From: an uncultured virus (IMG/VR IMGVR_UViG_3300047548_000908)
Lineage: Duplodnaviria; Heunggongvirae; Uroviricota; Caudoviricetes
Direction: 5' to 3' (one strand)
Length of the DNA stretch: 20,000 nucleotides
Virus record (IMG/VR): IMGVR_UViG_3300047548_000908
Coordinates: 117,128-137,127 of that record
Position numbers and translations under genes: made by a program. Below are positions 16,072 to 20,000 of this stretch, piece after piece (the stretch's first letter is position 1; every line of letters starts with the position of its first letter). Below the pieces are notes generated by a model. The model saw only the letters and a list, made by a program, of their open reading frames with translations. It made no database searches and was not told where the DNA came from.

Positions 16072-16494
16072 ATGGAAACTACAAGAACATCTGCGGGTGT
16101 GTTCTTCTACTCTTCTTCCTCTAATAGATTTTTGTTTTTACTGCGAAATGATGCTAGAAATTTTGGTAACTGGGGTTTACCGGGGGGGAAAATTGATGAA
16201 GACGAAACTTTGTTACAAGGTATTGAACGTGAATGCTTGGAAGAAATGAACTATTTTCCTAAAAGAGCAAAGTTAATACCTATACAGAAGTTTGTAAACA
16301 ATTCATTTGTATATCACACATTCTTCTGCAAGGTCAAAAATGAGTTTATTCCCAAGTTGAATAGAGAGCATTGTGGTTACTGCTGGATAGATACAGATAT
16401 CTATCCTAGGCCTCTGCATCCGGGATTATTTAATACAGTAAACTTTGACATTGTACAAGAAAAGTTGAAAGGACTAATAGGAAAAGCGGACTAA
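16072..16494 (+). CDS. NUDIX hydrolase
   Basis: Nudix box WGLPGGKIDEDETLLQGIERECLEEM; LN.EH.GY.W; LHPG. Confidence 0.92.
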   Translation: METTRTSAGVFFYSSSSNRFLFLLRNDARNFGNWGLPGGKIDEDETLLQGIERECLEEMNYFPKRAKLIPIQKFVNNSFVYHTFFCKVKNEFIPKLNREHCGYCWIDTDIYPRPLHPGLFNTVNFDIVQEKLKGLIGKAD

Positions 16495-16506
16495 GTCCGC
16501 TTTTCC
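16480..16506. terminator. Bidirectional terminator whose loop is the NUDIX stop codon
   Basis: GGAAAAGCGGAC-TAA-GTCCGCTTTTCC between convergent genes. Confidence 0.88.
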
Positions 16507-16523
16507 ATTCTACAACTTATGTA

Positions 16524-17639
16524 TTACACGCTTGCTACTGAAACTGTTTCGTTAGCAGTCGGTGCATCTAACGTCCAAGGTACTGATTGACCTGTTGAAA
16601 ATTGTGTCCCTGTTCCTCTGACAACTAATGCTCTTCTTGCAGATAACTTTAGAACATAATAAGTGCCACCGTCGCTGTCTAGTGCGGTAAGTCTCATCTC
16701 ACCTTCGCCTGGCGCGGTTGCTACTAATCTACATTGACCAGTTCCCTGACCAGTTGTGACTAAGTAACGTCTTGAGGATTCTTGCTTTACAATGTCACCT
16801 GCAACAGCACTTGATCCCCCTGGCACAAATGCTACAAAACTAAGTGCATTTTGTGTAGTGTTAGTCAATGATGCAGTAATTGTGCCATTTCCACCAGACA
16901 TCGTTGCAGTTGGAACAGATGTATAACCTGAACCTGCGTTAGTTAATGTAGCAGTACCGATGCCATAACTTACACTTAATGTTGCGCCAGTTCCAGTTGC
17001 ACTATCGGTAGTCGTGGCGACTGGATTACTAGGTAATACTGTGTATGAACCTGCCGATGCAACAGTCACAGCATTTACGCCAAACCCTAAGTTAAAACTT
17101 ACACCCTGAACACCGCCACCATTTGAAGTTGAATCAGGTGTGACTGGGTCGGCTGTGAGAGCAGTGCTCTTAACACCTGCATCAGTGATTGTAATTCCAT
17201 CAATAACACCGGCAGTTGCAGTTACTGTTAAAACTGCAGGTGTTGAAAACCCTGTACTAAACGTAAAGGTATCTCCAGTAACCCAAGTTCCAGTTCCTTG
17301 ATTCTGTACTCCGGCTGTTCTGATCTTTACACTAGCGACAGTAAATGTTGCAGCAGTACCAGTACCACCGACAACGGTTAATACGTCACCTGGTTCATAA
17401 TCAGCATTTGCTGCCCCAGTACCAGATGTTGTGACAGTAGCAGTTTTAGCAACCATCGTTGAAACAACACCAGTCGCTCTTACGCCACCTGGCAACTCAG
17501 GTAAGCCAAATGTAAATGTTGGTATTGCAGTATAATTGTTATTAGTTCCGCCTACGACTAATGTTGACGAAACACTCTCACCACCAATAGCCGGTACGTT
17601 TAAACTTCCAAAAAACTTCTTTTTAATAGGACGTCCCAT
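16524..17639 (-). CDS. Gly/Thr-rich virion (tail-associated) protein
   Basis: MGRPIKKKFFG start with AAGGAG SD; repeated (N/S)xGSGYT / GD.LT / GA.AT beta motifs; C-terminal IVKQ..SRRYLV domain. Confidence 0.7.
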   Translation of the reverse strand: MGRPIKKKFFGSLNVPAIGGESVSSTLVVGGTNNNYTAIPTFTFGLPELPGGVRATGVVSTMVAKTATVTTSGTGAANADYEPGDVLTVVGGTGTAATFTVASVKIRTAGVQNQGTGTWVTGDTFTFSTGFSTPAVLTVTATAGVIDGITITDAGVKSTALTADPVTPDSTSNGGGVQGVSFNLGFGVNAVTVASAGSYTVLPSNPVATTTDSATGTGATLSVSYGIGTATLTNAGSGYTSVPTATMSGGNGTITASLTNTTQNALSFVAFVPGGSSAVAGDIVKQESSRRYLVTTGQGTGQCRLVATAPGEGEMRLTALDSDGGTYYVLKLSARRALVVRGTGTQFSTGQSVPWTLDAPTANETVSVASV

Positions 17640-17661
17640 TTGTTTTCTCCTTAAAATTGGA

Positions 17662-17721
17662 CCGTTCTAGGGCCTACGCTGTGGGACTCACAGCATAAAT
17701 CTTTGAACATGATTATTTATT
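17662..17721 (-). promoter_or_regulatory. Late promoter AATAAATA (17714-17721) plus structured 5' leader
   Basis: Promoter overlaps the fibre stop codon; leader hairpin UAUGCUGUG-AGUCC-CACAGCGUA with outer GUUC/GAAC pairing. Confidence 0.6.
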
Positions 17722-19998
17722 CCCCTTGATCAAATTACGAAGAACCTTAACTTCCTCATTCAAGTCTTTTATTGCTTGAATCAGTAGAGCTACGATCCTA
17801 TCATATTTTACCGCCTTCATACCATCTTGTCGTGTACCTACAATTTCTGGTAAGACCTCTTCGATTTCTTGTGCAATAACACCGATGTCATGCTTTCTAC
17901 GGAAGTATCCGTCGATATCAGATTCGTTTACATTTAGCCAATCAAATTCAACTCCAGTTATCTTTGATATCTTATCAAGTGCATTAGAAATTGGTTTAAT
18001 ATTTGCTTTTAGTCTTCTGTCAGAGCCTGAGTATGCTATAACATCATATGCAGCACTAATGTTTCCACCTGAACTTATATTGCCATTTGCAATCAATAGA
18101 CCACCAATTACAGGACCTACTAATCCTAACGTAATATTTGCTTGTGCTGATGATCCAGCAGATAGCACTAATAATTGATTAGTTCCGTCATATTTTATTT
18201 TTCCTCCGGATGAGGTTAATGTCAATTCTCCTCCGGTTGAGAATAGGTTGCTTGCATAAACGTTGCCTCCTATGCCCGCACCGCCGGCGATAACAAGTGC
18301 ACCTGTTGTAGTAGAAGTTGAGCTTGCGGTGTTTGTTCCCGTAATAGTAGTAAACCTACCTAATCTTGCAGTAGTTCTACCTATGTTAACATTATCAATA
18401 TCTCCAGTGACTGTAGGATTTATAAATAATTGTCCATATAACCCAGTTGGACTAATCCTAACGTTACCTGAAGGGCTAAGTTCAAGGTCATCGCTTGTAA
18501 GCGTGACATTTCCTGAATTTACAGTAAATGTTACTTTCCCGCTCGCATTTAACGAAGTAAAGCTACCGTTGCCCCCATTAACGTTAATAACACCCGTAAC
18601 ATTAGCACCAACAATGTTGTTAGCGGCATACACATTAGAACCACCTATACCTACAGAATTGCCTACTACTAGTGCTCCTGTAGAACTAGTCGTTGCTGCT
18701 GTAGTAGAGGCAATGCTTATGACACCTGAACCAGTAAGAGTAACGTTACTATTTGAGGTAATTGCAGCATTACTAAGAGTTACAACTGCGTTGGTTACAT
18801 AAGTATTTGCCTTAAATGTTTTTTGTCCAGTGATATCTTGATTGGTATCAGTTGTAACAACATTACCTGGAATTGTACCAGTCGCCCCCTGTACACCCTG
18901 TGGTCCTTGTGGACCAGTTGCTCCCTGTACACCCTGTCTTCCCTGTGGTCCTTGTGGACCTGGTCCTCCTTGTACACCTTGTGCTCCTGCTGCTCCTGCT
19001 GCTCCTTGCACACCTTGTGCACCAATGAATCCTTGTGGTCCTTGAGCACCAAGTGAGCCTTGCACCCCTTGTGGTCCTTGTGCACCGATTGGACCTTGTG
19101 CTCCTGCCAACCCTTGTGCTCCTGCCAACCCTTGTGCTCCTTGTGCTCCTCGTACACCGGCAACTGTTATTGTCCAAGAACTCGCAGTTGTTGATCCCAC
19201 ACTATAATCTGCTGCAATTGCAAAGCTAGTGCCGCCTGTTATAGTTACAGTACCTTCGAAGAAGTTATTGGTAGTGTTTATAGCACGAACTCTAGTTCCA
19301 GTAACAAATGCACCTTGCTGGTTAGTGGTTAATGTAATAGTTCCTGAACTTGCAGGAGTTGCAGAAGTACTAGAGGTAACACTTGAATAACCAGATCCCG
19401 CTGCCCCTTGAACGCCTTGTGGTCCTTGTGGTCCTGCACCACCAGGTGAACCTTGAATCCCTTGGACACCTTGGACACCTTGTGGTCCTTGAGCACCTGC
19501 TGCTCCCGTTGCTCCTTGGACACCTTGTCTTCCTTGAGCACCTTGAGCACCAGCGACGCCCTGAGGACCAGTTGCTCCTTGGACACCTTGTGGACCAATC
19601 GCACCTTGCGCACCTTGAGCACCTGTAGCACCTTGCGCTCCGACTGGACCAACAGCTCCTTGGACACCTTGTGGTCCTTGTGCTCCAGTGCTACCTACTG
19701 CACCGGAATAACCTGATGTTCCAGTTTGACCATTACTTCCAGATATTCCGCTGAATCCACTTATACCAGAATATCCTGATCTTCCACTAAAACCAGATAC
19801 ACCAGATCCAGAAATGCCACTAAATCCCGATGATCCACTGACACCACTGAATCCAGATTCTCCGCTCCATCCAGATATACCTGAGAATCCTGATGTTCCA
19901 GTTGTTCCGGTTGCACCAACTGCTCCGCTCCATCCTGATGTTCCAGATGCGCCCGAGTAACCACTGAACCCACTTCTACCTGATGCGCCAGACCAACC
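17713..19998 (-). CDS. Collagen-like tail fibre with C-terminal intramolecular chaperone (peptidase S74); 5' end outside the window
   Basis: Frame read codon by codon and open from 17713 to the window end (at least 761 aa), so GTG 19200 is not the start. G-X-S and G-X-Q triplets; SDRRLK.NI...ALDKI..I.GV.FDW...IGVIAQE.E.VLPE.V......[14 protein letters not shown]. Confidence 0.92.
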   Translation of the reverse strand, partial: GWSGASGRSGFSGYSGASGTSGWSGAVGATGTTGTSGFSGISGWSGESGFSGVSGSSGFSGISGSGVSGFSGRSGYSGISGFSGISGSNGQTGTSGYSGAVGSTGAQGPQGVQGAVGPVGAQGATGAQGAQGAIGPQGVQGATGPQGVAGAQGAQGRQGVQGATGAAGAQGPQGVQGVQGIQGSPGGAGPQGPQGVQGAAGSGYSSVTSSTSATPASSGTITLTTNQQGAFVTGTRVRAINTTNNFFEGTVTITGGTSFAIAADYSVGSTTASSWTITVAGVRGAQGAQGLAGAQGLAGAQGPIGAQGPQGVQGSLGAQGPQGFIGAQGVQGAAGAAGAQGVQGGPGPQGPQGRQGVQGATGPQGPQGVQGATGTIPGNVVTTDTNQDITGQKTFKANTYVTNAVVTLSNAAITSNSNVTLTGSGVISIASTTAATTSSTGALVVGNSVGIGGSNVYAANNIVGANVTGVINVNGGNGSFTSLNASGKVTFTVNSGNVTLTSDDLELSPSGNVRISPTGLYGQLFINPTVTGDIDNVNIGRTTARLGRFTTITGTNTASSTSTTTGALVIAGGAGIGGNVYASNLFSTGGELTLTSSGGKIKYDGTNQLLVLSAGSSAQANITLGLVGPVIGGLLIANGNISSGGNISAAYDVIAYSGSDRRLKANIKPISNALDKISKITGVEFDWLNVNESDIDGYFRRKHDIGVIAQEIEEVLPEIVGTRQDGMKAVKYDRIVALLIQAIKDLNEEVKVLRNLIKGNK
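18880..19998 (-). repeat. Coding Gly-X-Y triplet repeats (9-bp periodicity)
   Basis: G-X-Q blocks ~18880-19155 and ~19399-19704; G-X-S block ~19705-19998. Confidence 0.9.
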
Positions 19999-20000
19999 TG

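Noticed and set aside
18421..18428. Exact TATAAATA on the plus strand
   Set aside because: Intragenic, antisense to the fibre gene, with no credible downstream gene; probably chance in AT-rich DNA.
19198..19200. ORF-track start of the fibre at GTG 19200
   Set aside because: The frame stays open, with Gly-X-Y repeats, to the window end; the true start lies outside the window.
18880..19700. Repeated ccttgtggtccttg / ccttgtgctcc units as a CRISPR or DGR-like array
   Set aside because: In-frame coding repeats with no unique spacers, and no RT or cas gene in the window.
18795..19973. HK-rich, RST-rich and CxP-rich ORFs in alternative frames
   Set aside because: Shadows of the collagen codon periodicity; no SD or promoter support.
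1..20000. Stop-codon reassignment as seen in some large phages
   Set aside because: Core genes are full length under code 11, and TAA, TAG (gp15) and TGA all act as stops at plausible gene ends.

Overview
Virion-morphogenesis region of a large T4-like (contractile-tailed) phage, AT-rich and consistent with the standard genetic code. It encodes a probable small terminase (truncated at the window edge), gp4-like head-completion nuclease, tube-fold baseplate protein, tail tube, an enlarged tail sheath (~1172 aa), neck proteins gp13/gp14, tail terminator gp15, a Gly/Thr-rich virion protein and a collagen-like tail fibre with a C-terminal S74 chaperone. Interleaved accessory genes are an HNH-like Zn-finger, dNMP kinase, Hc1-like histone, MazG-like NTP-PPase, ParB/Srx-like protein, NUDIX hydrolase and small early genes. 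The non-coding sequence is the most informative part: ten intergenic or gene-boundary NATAAATA late-promoter boxes, near-consensus sigma70 promoters, two back-to-back early/late promoter cassettes, promoters inside SD-sequestering hairpins, two apparently leaderless late genes, structured leaders, and a ~350-nt densely base-paired element (8984-9332) between the MazG-like and Hc1-like genes, the best candidate for an undescribed phage ncRNA or origin. Protein assignments come from motif recognition only; no database searches or folding computations were run.
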